Below, in pieces: positions 1 through 8,132 of a stretch of 23,298 nt of DNA (its first letter is position 1; each line of letters opens with the position of its first letter). Under the pieces are notes generated by a model. The model did no database searches, was not told the DNA's origin, and was given only the letters and a program-made list of their open reading frames with translations. The DNA lies in NCBI GenBank assembly GCA_963842885.1, contig CAWJIE010000010.1, positions 1 to 23,298 on the forward strand, in the 5' to 3' direction. The position numbers were made by a program, and so were the translations under genes. The stretch is from an uncultured Nitrososphaerota archaeon (GTDB lineage: Archaea; Thermoproteota; Nitrososphaeria; Conexivisphaerales; DTJL01).

Positions 1-297
1 TCCCTGAGTCCTGTGAGCGAAGAGCAGTTCCGAATCTGGGCGAGGGGGAGGGGACCTCACGCCCCCCTGGCGGTGAAGGGGCACACCTTCTCCTTTGCGA
101 AGGAGAACATAGTCAAGGTGGACGGCGGACTGTTCGTGTACGAAGAGGCCCTGGAGCTGGTCAGGCTGCTCAACTCCTCGAACCCCTTCGACCACCTGAG
201 CGCCACCGTCACCATATGGGAGAGAAGTGGCGTCCTTAGGCTCCTGGTACTTGCCCTGATAGCCGCTCTCGTCATCGCCGTGATCGCGTTAGCTTGA
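1..297 (+). CDS. hypothetical protein with C-terminal transmembrane helix (probably 5'-truncated by the window edge)
   Basis: Frame 1 is open from base 1 to TGA at 295-297; host-like GC3-rich codons; hydrophobic C-terminus (LRLLVLALIAALVIAVIALA). Confidence 0.7.
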   Translation, partial: SLSPVSEEQFRIWARGRGPHAPLAVKGHTFSFAKENIVKVDGGLFVYEEALELVRLLNSSNPFDHLSATVTIWERSGVLRLLVLALIAALVIAVIALA

Positions 298-511
298 AGC
301 TGGTCAACTCCGAGCCCATCCTCCTGGACCCTACCTGCTGAACCCAACCCCTTCGGCGACGACCCTGCAGCCGAGAGAATTGCCAGGATACTAGAGGAGA
401 AGTTCGGTTTCGGGTTCGATGGGTCGCCGCCAGGGCAGGCGTGCAGCCCGATGTCTGTGCTCCCAACGCTTAATAGCATGAAATCCAACTTCATGTCGAA
501 GCGCTCGGGGC

Positions 512-874
512 GTGTCCGACTCCCTCGGTAAGTCAAGAGATCGTTCCTTCCACGGTTCCGAGCCAGCTCCCTCCGCCCATGACGCCGGCTGCAAGCACCT
601 GAGGGTCCGCGGCGAGAAGGTGGCGGACGGCAACTTCATCGTCGTGCGCACCTACTGCACGGACTGCGGCAAGCTCCTGGATGAGGAGAGGCTCCTCCAG
701 GGCCCTGAGCTCCGGCGCTGTCCGGTCGACCCGAGGCTCGACCGGTGCGTCACCGGATGCCCGGTGGAGGAGGGCTCGCCGGACGCCTTCGAACACCCTT
801 GCCTCCCCGTCATATGGGCGATCGAGGAGGCGGGCGACAAGCCCCGGCTCTTTCGCCCCGAACCCACCCCTTGA
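512..874 (+). CDS. small Cys-rich, putative Zn-binding protein
   Basis: CKH...YCTDCG knuckle plus further Cys/His (CPVD..RCVTGC..HPC); host-like codon usage; TTAATA at ~470. Confidence 0.65.
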   Translation: MSDSLGKSRDRSFHGSEPAPSAHDAGCKHLRVRGEKVADGNFIVVRTYCTDCGKLLDEERLLQGPELRRCPVDPRLDRCVTGCPVEEGSPDAFEHPCLPVIWAIEEAGDKPRLFRPEPTP

Positions 875-937
875 TACGAGCCCGCGGGCGCGAGGCGAGC
901 AAGATTAAACTAAGACGGGAGGCCGCCGCAATCCGTC

Positions 938-1861
938 TTGAATCAAGGAGAGCTGGTCTGCACCGGCCTGACGAAGGTCTACGGCGGTTCCGGGGGCAGG
1001 AGGGCCCTCGACTCGGTGACCCTGACCGTCCCTTCTCACGGGATATTCACGCTGATCGGGAAGAACGGGGCCGGGAAGACCACCCTCGTCCGCATACTCG
1101 CGACCCAGCTTGAGCCGACCCTGGGCTCGGCCTCCATCAACGGGATCGACGTCGTGAAGGAAGCGAGGAAGCTGAGGGAGAGGATAGCGATAATCCCCCA
1201 GGAGGCCAGGGCGATACCCTGGCTGACGCCCCTGCAGACGGTCGTGGCCTACCTGCTCTGGAGGGGGTTCGGCTACGGAGAGGCGAAGAGCAGAGCCGAG
1301 GAGGCCCTCGCCAAGGCGGGGGTCGCGCAGTACGCCGGGACGGTGACCAGGAAGCTCTCCGGAGGGCTCAAGAGGAAGGTGATGGTGGCGACGGTGCTGG
1401 CCGCGGACGCGGAGATCACCTTCCTTGACGAGCCGACGACGGGGCTGGACCCGATCTCCCGCAGGGAGCTGTGGAAGTCCCTCGACGAGATAGCCAAGGA
1501 CCGCTTCCTCATACTGACGACCCACTACCTGGAGGAGGCGGAGCATCTGGCGAACACGATAGGGGTCCTCGACCAGGGGAGGCTGGTCGGGCTCGGCTCC
1601 CTGGACTACCTGAGGAGCCTGGTGAAGTACGAGTACAGCATCAGGTTCCCGACGATGGAGGAGACCCCCTCCGTCGAGGGAGGGGTCGTCACCTCGGGGA
1701 CGGACGGACAGACGCAGATCCTGACCGGCGAGCGGGAGGCCTACAGGTTGTCGAGGGAGCTGCTGGAGAGGGGGGCGAAGTTCTCCATAAACCGGATTTC
1801 GTTGGACGGTATCTTCTTCAGCCTGGTGGGCTCCGTCGTCGACGAGGGGGAGCAAGAATGA
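938..1861 (+). CDS. ABC-2 type exporter ATP-binding subunit (DrrA/NodI-like)
   Basis: Walker A GKNGAGKTT, signature LSGG, Walker B/D-loop FLDEPTTGLDP, H-loop TTHYLEEAE; ATTAAA at ~904-909 upstream. Confidence 0.95.
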   Translation: MNQGELVCTGLTKVYGGSGGRRALDSVTLTVPSHGIFTLIGKNGAGKTTLVRILATQLEPTLGSASINGIDVVKEARKLRERIAIIPQEARAIPWLTPLQTVVAYLLWRGFGYGEAKSRAEEALAKAGVAQYAGTVTRKLSGGLKRKVMVATVLAADAEITFLDEPTTGLDPISRRELWKSLDEIAKDRFLILTTHYLEEAEHLANTIGVLDQGRLVGLGSLDYLRSLVKYEYSIRFPTMEETPSVEGGVVTSGTDGQTQILTGEREAYRLSRELLERGAKFSINRISLDGIFFSLVGSVVDEGEQE

Positions 1862-2601
1862 AGCGGAGCGCGGGCGGCCAGGTGTTCGCGGCCGTCCTGG
1901 TCAACGCCGTGTACGCGATGAAGAACTACCCCGTGGTCCTCCTCAACACCGTGCTTTCGCCGCTCTCCTTTCTCCTCGTGATATTCTTCGTCAGCAGGGG
2001 GGCGCTCATCGGAGAGGCCATCGAGGGGGCGTTCATAATGAGCATGTTCTCGAGCGGGATGGGACTGCAGGCCGACCTCTCGCACCTGAAGAACGACTTC
2101 AAGCTGCAGGAGATGGTGGTGAGCTCGCCCACTACTCCGGCGGTGTACGTCGCCGGGATGGCCCTTTCCGAGCTCGTGTATTCGCTCCCCGCCCTGGCCG
2201 TGCTGACGGTGCTCGCCGCCGTCTTCCTCCATCCCAGCCTCATCGAGGCCGTCTCGCTCCTCGGGGTCATGCTGCTGATGTTCCTGGCGTCCGTCACGCT
2301 GGGCTTCACTCTCTCCACCTTCTCCAGTGACATAATGCAGAGCTTCGCGATGTCCAGGCTCATCTCCACGCTGTTCTCCACCCTGCCCCCCGTCTACTAC
2401 CCCATCACCTACATCCCCCTTCCCTACAGGTACCTGGCATATCTTTCGCCCACCACCTACGCTGCGGGGATAGCTCAGAGCGCGACAGGCTTCCTCCGGT
2501 TGGCTCCCGCGGCGCTGCTGGCGGACTGGGCGGTGCTGATAGGGGTGACCCTTTGCCTGGCCCTTGTGGCGGCGAAGAAGGCCAGATGGAGAGAGGTCTG
2601 A
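1858..2601 (+). CDS. ABC-2 type exporter permease
   Basis: ATG at 1858 overlaps the ATPase stop (ATGA); about 6 TM segments; C-terminal PVYYPITYIP..YLSPTTYA typical of ABC-2 permeases. The longer 1471 start is an overlap artefact. Confidence 0.9.
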   Translation: MKRSAGGQVFAAVLVNAVYAMKNYPVVLLNTVLSPLSFLLVIFFVSRGALIGEAIEGAFIMSMFSSGMGLQADLSHLKNDFKLQEMVVSSPTTPAVYVAGMALSELVYSLPALAVLTVLAAVFLHPSLIEAVSLLGVMLLMFLASVTLGFTLSTFSSDIMQSFAMSRLISTLFSTLPPVYYPITYIPLPYRYLAYLSPTTYAAGIAQSATGFLRLAPAALLADWAVLIGVTLCLALVAAKKARWREV

Positions 2602-2710
2602 AACCAGGAAGGGAGCTATTCCGGCCCAGTATGCCCACGGGGCTGGGCAGGCTCCTGAGGTCGGCTCCGCGATGCTAACCTTATAGGAACGTACGAAGCA
2701 TGTATTACCC

Positions 2711-4091
2711 GTGCGCTTCGGCGATGCCAGGATCAAGGTGGCCGCATATCACTAGTGGCCTCCGTAGTCCTGGTGGTGATCAAGCTGGGCGCGTACCTCG
2801 CCACCGGCTCCCTGAGTGTGATGGCTGAGTTCCTCCACTCTTCGTTGGATTTCTTTGCCACACTGGTGACCTTGTCGGCGGTGTCATATGCCGCGAAGCC
2901 TCCTGACATCGGCCATCACTACGGCCACGGCAAGGCCGAGAACCTGGGCGGCCTGGTGGGGGCGATCATGATCATGGCCACCAGCCTTTGGATCCTCTAC
3001 GAAGGGATCGACCGGCTGATACATTCCGTCGCCTTCACGCCTTCGCTCGCAGCCGTCGCTGTAATGGCCGTTTCGATGGTGGTCGACTATCAGAGGTCCA
3101 AGGTGCTCTTCCGAGCCGCGAAAAGGTATCACAGCCAGGCGCTCGAAGCTGACGCCCTTCACTTCTCCAGTGACCTGATTAGCGCCGGCTCCGTATTGGC
3201 AGTCGTAGCGGTGGGTTTGGCCCTTCCACTTGTGACGAGCGTGCCCGAGTTCGTTCTGGTAATCTTGGACGTCGGCGTTGCGGCCTTCGTGTCAGCATGG
3301 TTCGCATGGCAGGGTTATCACTTGTCCATGCGCGCCATCTCCGAACTCCTCGACAAGGCCCCCGTCGAGGTGGTGGCCGAAGCCGAAAGGATTGCTCGGC
3401 GCACTGACGGCGTCCTCTCGGTCAAGGACGTCAGGTCCAGGCGCAGCGGCTCGAGGGTCTTCATGGACATGTCAGTGGTGGTGGCGGAGGGGACGGAGAT
3501 CAAGGGGCTCATGAAACTGCCTCAATGGTGGAGAGGGCGGTGAAGGAGGGCTTGGGCGACGTCGATTTGGTCATACACATTGAGCCGGCCTCCCACGACG
3601 GGCTCAAGAAGGCCATAACGGCCGAGGCCTCCAGGGTCCCGGGCGTCAGGGGGGTCCATTCGGTCATGGTCTCCGAGGCCAAGGGACGCTACAACGTGCG
3701 GCTCCATGTCGGCGTCGACCCGAAGGAGACGGTGGAGGAGGCGCATGCGGTGACCGATGAGACGGAGAGGAGGATCAAAGACACGAACCCCTCCATCTCC
3801 ACAGTCGTCGTGCACGCCGAGCCCCTGAAGCCAGTCGTCACCTACGACGTGGTCGAGGCCGTCAAGTCCTTCTTGAGCGGGTCCCCGACGCTCAAGGTGG
3901 CTGGGGTGTCGGTGGAGACCATCGGCGAAGTGACCTACGTGGACATCAGCTGCGTCGCCCAAGCCTCAGCGCAACTCGCCGACGCCCATGACTCGGTCAC
4001 CCTACTCGAAGACCATGTGAGGGAACTTCTGGGAGGGAATGTCTACGTCACCGTACACGTGGAGCCCCACAGTGCATCACGTCCTGCCTAA
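2711..4091 (+). CDS. cation diffusion facilitator (FieF-like) transporter with repeated C-terminal ZT-dimer domains; two apparent frameshifts
   Basis: CDF motifs AEFLHSSLD, PPD..HHYGHGKAE, ALEADALHFSSD, then three ZT_dimer-like units ending IHIEP/VHAEP/VHVEP. GTG at 2711 lies ~25 nt after TTATA. Adding one base at ~2746 and one G to the G4 run at 3504-3507 (giving ...KGAHETASMVERAVK...) restores a single frame. Confidence 0.88.
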
Positions 4092-4174
4092 ATCGCGCTC
4101 GGCCTAGACATTACTTGATGGACCCTCGACTCCAGTCCGTGCTCAGCAGGATGTACCCCAGCTGCACTCACCGG

Positions 4175-4250
4175 GAGATCGAGTCGCTGGGCTGGAGGCC
4201 AGGGTACAACAGCGCCCAGGTGGTCAGGAAGACGGTGAGCGAAATACTGG
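4175..4250 (+). pseudogene. possible C-terminal remnant of an NAD-dependent epimerase/dehydratase
   Basis: IESLGWRPGYNSAQVVRKTVSEIL resembles the 'LGWxPxYxxxxxxxxT' tail of extended SDR epimerases; nothing else of the gene is present. Confidence 0.4.
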
Positions 4251-4269
4251 ATGGGGAACAGCCGCCTCA

Positions 4270-4980
4270 TCATCGGCGAGAGGTAGTTCTGCCAGCTATC
4301 TGACTCAGTATGCCCGCTTTGTTTCGCGGGCTCTTCATGTTCCTGCGCCTGTAGCTGAAGCCGACCGACATCAGCACGGACAGCGCCATGAGTGCGGCCA
4401 AGGCGATCTGCCCCACTGAGATGGCCTCCAGGGCCAGGCGCGAGAATCCGTAGCGGACGAGCCCTCCCAGCTCCGGCGTCCCCGCCGCCAGCCACGTCAG
4501 GGAGCTTATCGACAGAAGAGGGACGACCATCAGGAGGTTGGACCTCCCTCCATCCAGGAGCCTCCTGAGGTCTCCCGAGCGCCACATCATGGCCAGCATC
4601 AGGGAGAAGGAGCCGAACTCGATCAGGGAGTCCGCCGCCGACGGCATCCCCAGCCGCAGCCCCACCGTGACTGAAGCCAGCGGAAGGAGGAGGGGTACGC
4701 TGTTGGCCAGGAAGTCCCCCACCAGCACGTGCTGGAGCACGCCGACGACGTAGGGGAGGGAGTCCCTCCTCCACCACACGACGACGGCCGCCATCGGGAG
4801 GAGGAGGGGCAGGGAGTGGGTGTAGGTGTGGTGGACGAGCCCGAGCCCTGCGAAGAAGATGTCGAAGTCCGGGAGGATCCCCGCCAGGAACGCCAGCCAC
4901 AGGATGAGCTTCTGGTGCCTCCACTTGGCCACCGCCGAGGCGAAGATGTAGCCCAGCGCCACGTGGCCGAGGAGGTACAA
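4270..4980 (-). CDS. YdjM-family (LexA-binding, inner-membrane) metal-dependent hydrolase
   Basis: Motifs GH near the N-terminus, ILPDFD, HHTYTHS, HVLVGD; likely TTG start at 4980 with TTTAAT at 5006-5011 (minus strand). Confidence 0.85.
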   Translation of the reverse strand: MYLLGHVALGYIFASAVAKWRHQKLILWLAFLAGILPDFDIFFAGLGLVHHTYTHSLPLLLPMAAVVVWWRRDSLPYVVGVLQHVLVGDFLANSVPLLLPLASVTVGLRLGMPSAADSLIEFGSFSLMLAMMWRSGDLRRLLDGGRSNLLMVVPLLSISSLTWLAAGTPELGGLVRYGFSRLALEAISVGQIALAALMALSVLMSVGFSYRRRNMKSPRNKAGILSQIAGRTTSRR

Positions 4981-5204
4981 GTGCAGGGGGTTGGCCACTG
5001 GGGGGATTAAAGCTTGACAGCGGCGCATTCACCTCCGGTTTGAGACCCATTGCCGGGGAGATGGCGCGATGATCTCGGAGAGAGGGACGGCGACGGCCAC
5101 GCCGCGGAGAGGACGGCGGGATGATAGAGGAGCGAATGCTGCCTCTTCCTACCTACCGACCCATTTGAGGAGAGACCATTCGGTCTCCGGGCGAGAGCCA
5201 TTGC

Positions 5205-5236
5205 CTTTATATATCTTAGTTACCAAATAGGTAACT
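5205..5236 (+). promoter_or_regulatory. TATA box plus palindromic operator of the first TA-like operon
   Basis: TTTATATA at ~5206-5213 followed by AGTTACC-aaata-GGTAACT (5218-5236), which abuts the GTG start at 5237. Confidence 0.8.
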
Positions 5237-5890
5237 GTGTCAGAGCCCGTGCCCGCCTATGCCCAGGAAGCGTACGCCATACTGCGGAACCGCTTTGCCG
5301 GGGGGAGCTTCCCTGCGGACTACCTGTCGTGGTTCATATCGATAGGCATGGCCAAGAAGACACTGTTCGTGCTGGAGCACGCGGGGTGGATCAGAAGGGA
5401 GAGCAGGGGGAGCTACGTCTGCGTGAACGCCGACGACGTGTTCAGCTCCCTGCTGGAATACAGGGTCCCGAGGCTGCTCCAGGGGTCGGGGATGAAGTAC
5501 GCCTACGCCGGCGCGAGCGCCGTCGAGGTCTGGACTGACTTCAGCTACGTCCAGAGGAGCTGGGAGCACTCCCCCTACTACGTGAAGGTGATGGAGGGAG
5601 ACCTGAAGAAGTGGGTCTCACTCTTCAGGGCCCACAGGATAAAGGCGTGGGTCCTGAAGCCGGAGGCCGCTCTGGGGGAGTCCGTGACCCTGGAGCCGGA
5701 GAAGCGGTTGAGCCCCGACACCTACGGCGGCCTCCCCGTGGAGGCCCTGGGCGAAGTGGTCCGCTACTGCGAGGAACACGTGGAGGCCTTCGAATATCCC
5801 CTTGCGTACCTGGCGGCCAAGTTCAAGGTGAAGCCCAGGGTTGAGATAGACGGGCGCGTGCTGAATGAGGCGGCGAAAGCGGTCGCATGA
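5237..5890 (+). CDS. AbiEi-like antitoxin / wHTH regulator
   Basis: wHTH wing pattern LFVLEHAGWIRRESRGSY followed by YAYAGASAVEVW; stop overlaps the nucleotidyltransferase start (ATGA). Confidence 0.7.
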   Translation: MSEPVPAYAQEAYAILRNRFAGGSFPADYLSWFISIGMAKKTLFVLEHAGWIRRESRGSYVCVNADDVFSSLLEYRVPRLLQGSGMKYAYAGASAVEVWTDFSYVQRSWEHSPYYVKVMEGDLKKWVSLFRAHRIKAWVLKPEAALGESVTLEPEKRLSPDTYGGLPVEALGEVVRYCEEHVEAFEYPLAYLAAKFKVKPRVEIDGRVLNEAAKAVA

Positions 5891-6570
5891 TGAAAGGCAG
5901 AGAGGGCGCCGTCTTCGAGGCCCTGGCCAGGCTTCCGAAGGCCGGCCTCGTCCTGATCGGAGGCTACGCCGTGAACGCGTACGTCCCCCCGAGGTTCTCG
6001 ATCGACTGCGATGTGGTCGTGCTGGGCAGCACGAAGGAGGTGGAGGAGGCGCTTCGAAAGGACGGGTTCATGGAGGCTGAGTCCGGCGACACCCCGCACG
6101 GAAGATACGTGCGATACGAGAAGAGGGAGGAGGGGGTCTCGTTCGACCTCCTGGTGAACTCGGTGCTCGACCGCGGCACCAACGTAGTCTTTGAAGCTTC
6201 CCTCTTCGAGAAGTACTCTGCGGAGCGAACGACGACCGGAAGGTCGGTCTCCCTTCGGACCACGATGAGGATAGCCGACCCCGAGCTCCTGTTCGTCATG
6301 AAGTTCGTCACCGGGAGGAGGCAGGACGTCAGGGACATCTTCATGCTTGCCAGCACTCCCCTAAATTGGGACATGGTCGAGCACCTGGCGTTGACCAAGT
6401 GCGGCAGAGGCATCGTGAAGGAAAGGAGCGAGATGATCAGGAGGAGCATCTCGTCGTCGGAGTACAGGGACAGCCTTCAGGGCCCATACGGGAAGATCCC
6501 GGACGACAGGTTCGAGATGTGCAGGAGCGGCCTCCTTTCATTTCTCGACAGAGTGTCAGATGGAGGATAG
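5887..6570 (+). CDS. AbiEii-like nucleotidyltransferase (type IV TA toxin-like)
   Basis: VLIGGYAVNAY..RFSIDCDVVV (GG / R-x-S-x-D-x-D) and C-terminal LLFVMK...RRQDVRDI motif. Confidence 0.85.
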   Translation: MMKGREGAVFEALARLPKAGLVLIGGYAVNAYVPPRFSIDCDVVVLGSTKEVEEALRKDGFMEAESGDTPHGRYVRYEKREEGVSFDLLVNSVLDRGTNVVFEASLFEKYSAERTTTGRSVSLRTTMRIADPELLFVMKFVTGRRQDVRDIFMLASTPLNWDMVEHLALTKCGRGIVKERSEMIRRSISSSEYRDSLQGPYGKIPDDRFEMCRSGLLSFLDRVSDGG

Positions 6571-6682
6571 CCTGACGCTGCTGCGGGGCAGGCCGGTGGA
6601 GGTGACTTTGCCAAGGAAGAGGCGGTGCATCCCCCTGGCCGTGGAGATTCACAGGTGGGCGTCGGTTCCAATGGCGCCCAGC

Positions 6683-7216
6683 CTACCGGCTTGCCTCCAG
6701 CGCCTCGAGGAGGGAGCCGACGCCAGCGCTTTCGGCCCGTCTCAAGAGGTACTCCCTGTCCAACGAGCCGTTGAGCTTCTCGAGCACCCCCTTGGCGTCC
6801 TTTTCATCCTGGACCCCCCTGTCCCTCCTCGCCAGCTTGTTCACCACGAAGTCCTCCGGGGATATGACCCAGACCGGGAGTCCTCCTATCTCCTGCCTGG
6901 TCCTCCTCGATAGCGTTTCGGCGTCCCAGGTCACGCCGTCTGGCCTGGCCCAGAACCCCACTTCGAGCTCCTTGTCTCCGACCCTGAACACGCTCACCCC
7001 GTCGTGGAACGAGCCGACGGAATGGACGAAGCCGGCAGCTTGGGCTGCGGAGGAGAAGGCCGCGAACTCCTCTTCCGTCCTGACGGCGACGGCGATGTCG
7101 ATATCCAGGGTGGTGCGGACGGCGCCGTAGAAGGGGAGGGCGTACCCTCCCACCACCATGTAGTCGAACCCTCCTCCCTCTAGGAAGGTGACGACCTTCC
7201 TCAGCGTGTCAACTAT
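6683..7216 (-). CDS. second AbiEii/DUF6036-like nucleotidyltransferase
   Basis: VVGGYALPFYG..RTTLDIDIAV, ISPEDFVVNKL, QDEKDA, LDREYL. The frame stays open upstream of ATG 7159 (IVDTLRKVVTFLEGGGFDY) to the regulator stop; the exact start is uncertain (no canonical codon). Confidence 0.85.
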   Translation of the reverse strand: MVDTLRKVVTFLEGGGFDYMVVGGYALPFYGAVRTTLDIDIAVAVRTEEEFAAFSSAAQAAGFVHSVGSFHDGVSVFRVGDKELEVGFWARPDGVTWDAETLSRRTRQEIGGLPVWVISPEDFVVNKLARRDRGVQDEKDAKGVLEKLNGSLDREYLLRRAESAGVGSLLEALEASR

Positions 7217-7613
7217 GGCGGAGGGCGATTCCGTTCAGCTCCAAGAACAGGTCCGAGGTTGAGACGCCGGCCGCTGAGAGCCTCCTGGCATATCTCGCGT
7301 CCGAGGCCGCCCTGTGGAGGTCGGCGGGGTTGGCTCTCAGCTCCATGAGCTCCATGCGGGAATGCGCCGCCAGGTACTCTCGACCAAGGGAGGTGGGCCT
7401 GGGCACGCGCCTGGGCCTCCCCCTGACCCTCCTGACCCCGGGCCTCGGCTGGAGGAGACCGTGGTCCTCCATCTCGGCCTGCAGGGCTATGACCCTCGAA
7501 GGAGCCAGGCGCAGGGCCTTGGCGAGCTGGCGCACCCCTAGGGGCCCCTCGAGGAGGGCCTTCAGGATTCTCGCCTTGTCGTCCGCCAGATTATGTTTCC
7601 GATTGGGAAACAT
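7209..7613 (-). CDS. winged-helix transcription regulator / putative antitoxin
   Basis: ARILKALLEGPLGVRQLAKAL...MEDHGLL...GRPRR...TSLGREYL (ArsR/MarR-like wHTH); ATG at 7613 about 30 nt after TTATTA (7641-7646, minus strand). Confidence 0.8.
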   Translation of the reverse strand: MFPNRKHNLADDKARILKALLEGPLGVRQLAKALRLAPSRVIALQAEMEDHGLLQPRPGVRRVRGRPRRVPRPTSLGREYLAAHSRMELMELRANPADLHRAASDARYARRLSAAGVSTSDLFLELNGIALRHS

Positions 7614-7614
7614 A
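7592..7614. promoter_or_regulatory. palindromic operator of the second TA-like operon
   Basis: Perfect 9-5-9 inverted repeat TATGTTTCC-gattg-GGAAACATA covering the predicted start codon. Confidence 0.75.
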
Positions 7615-7808
7615 CTACCCTTCCCTGGCCCTCCCAGAGCTAATAAGCATTTCTGTACTGGTGCGCCTTCGGTTGATGGTGGCCGTTGATGGCGTGTCGG
7701 CATCATACCCGTGAACGTGCAGGCGCTGAAGTCCGTCGGGCAGAGGTTCGTTTCTAACGGATACCCTGGTCATGCTTTTGCGCTGAGCGGACCACGATGC
7801 AGTATTCC

Positions 7809-8003
7809 CTAGGCTGCTTCCGGGGCCGATAAACCCAGAAGAAACTTGCGTGCCACCTCGCGGTTTCCCGGTCTCCTTCCTTTGACCACATCCACGGCCC
7901 AATCTATCGCCGATTTATTCAAATCGCGCTGCTGCTGGGCGGCCTGGGCCTCTTCGACGGAGTCGTGGACTTGGCCCTTGGGTACTAACCGGGATAGGAG
8001 CAT
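7809..8003 (-). CDS. small hypothetical protein
   Basis: 64-aa ORF with protein-like helical composition (SAIDWAVDVVKGRRPGNREVARKFLL); no recognised motif. Confidence 0.35.
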   Translation of the reverse strand: MLLSRLVPKGQVHDSVEEAQAAQQQRDLNKSAIDWAVDVVKGRRPGNREVARKFLLGLSAPEAA

Positions 8004-8132
8004 AACATGTTATGCTCAAGTGCAAGGGAGTCCGGTGGGCCTGAGCGGGCTCGGTGGGGCTCGCCTATTATTCTTAGCGGCTCCATCTGATTCATAGGCC
8101 GGAATCGACATTCTCCTCCAAGGACCAGAGTC

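Noticed and set aside
5172-5187. Hairpin GAGACC-attc-GGTCTC
   Set aside because: Short, no U-tract, lies between divergent promoters; not enough support for a terminator or operator.
905-7689. Long antisense or alternate-frame ORFs (e.g. 905-1855, 1741-2736, 4088-5050, 6560-6913, 7330-7689)
   Set aside because: Shadows of high-GC3 genes with clear motifs on the other strand or frame.
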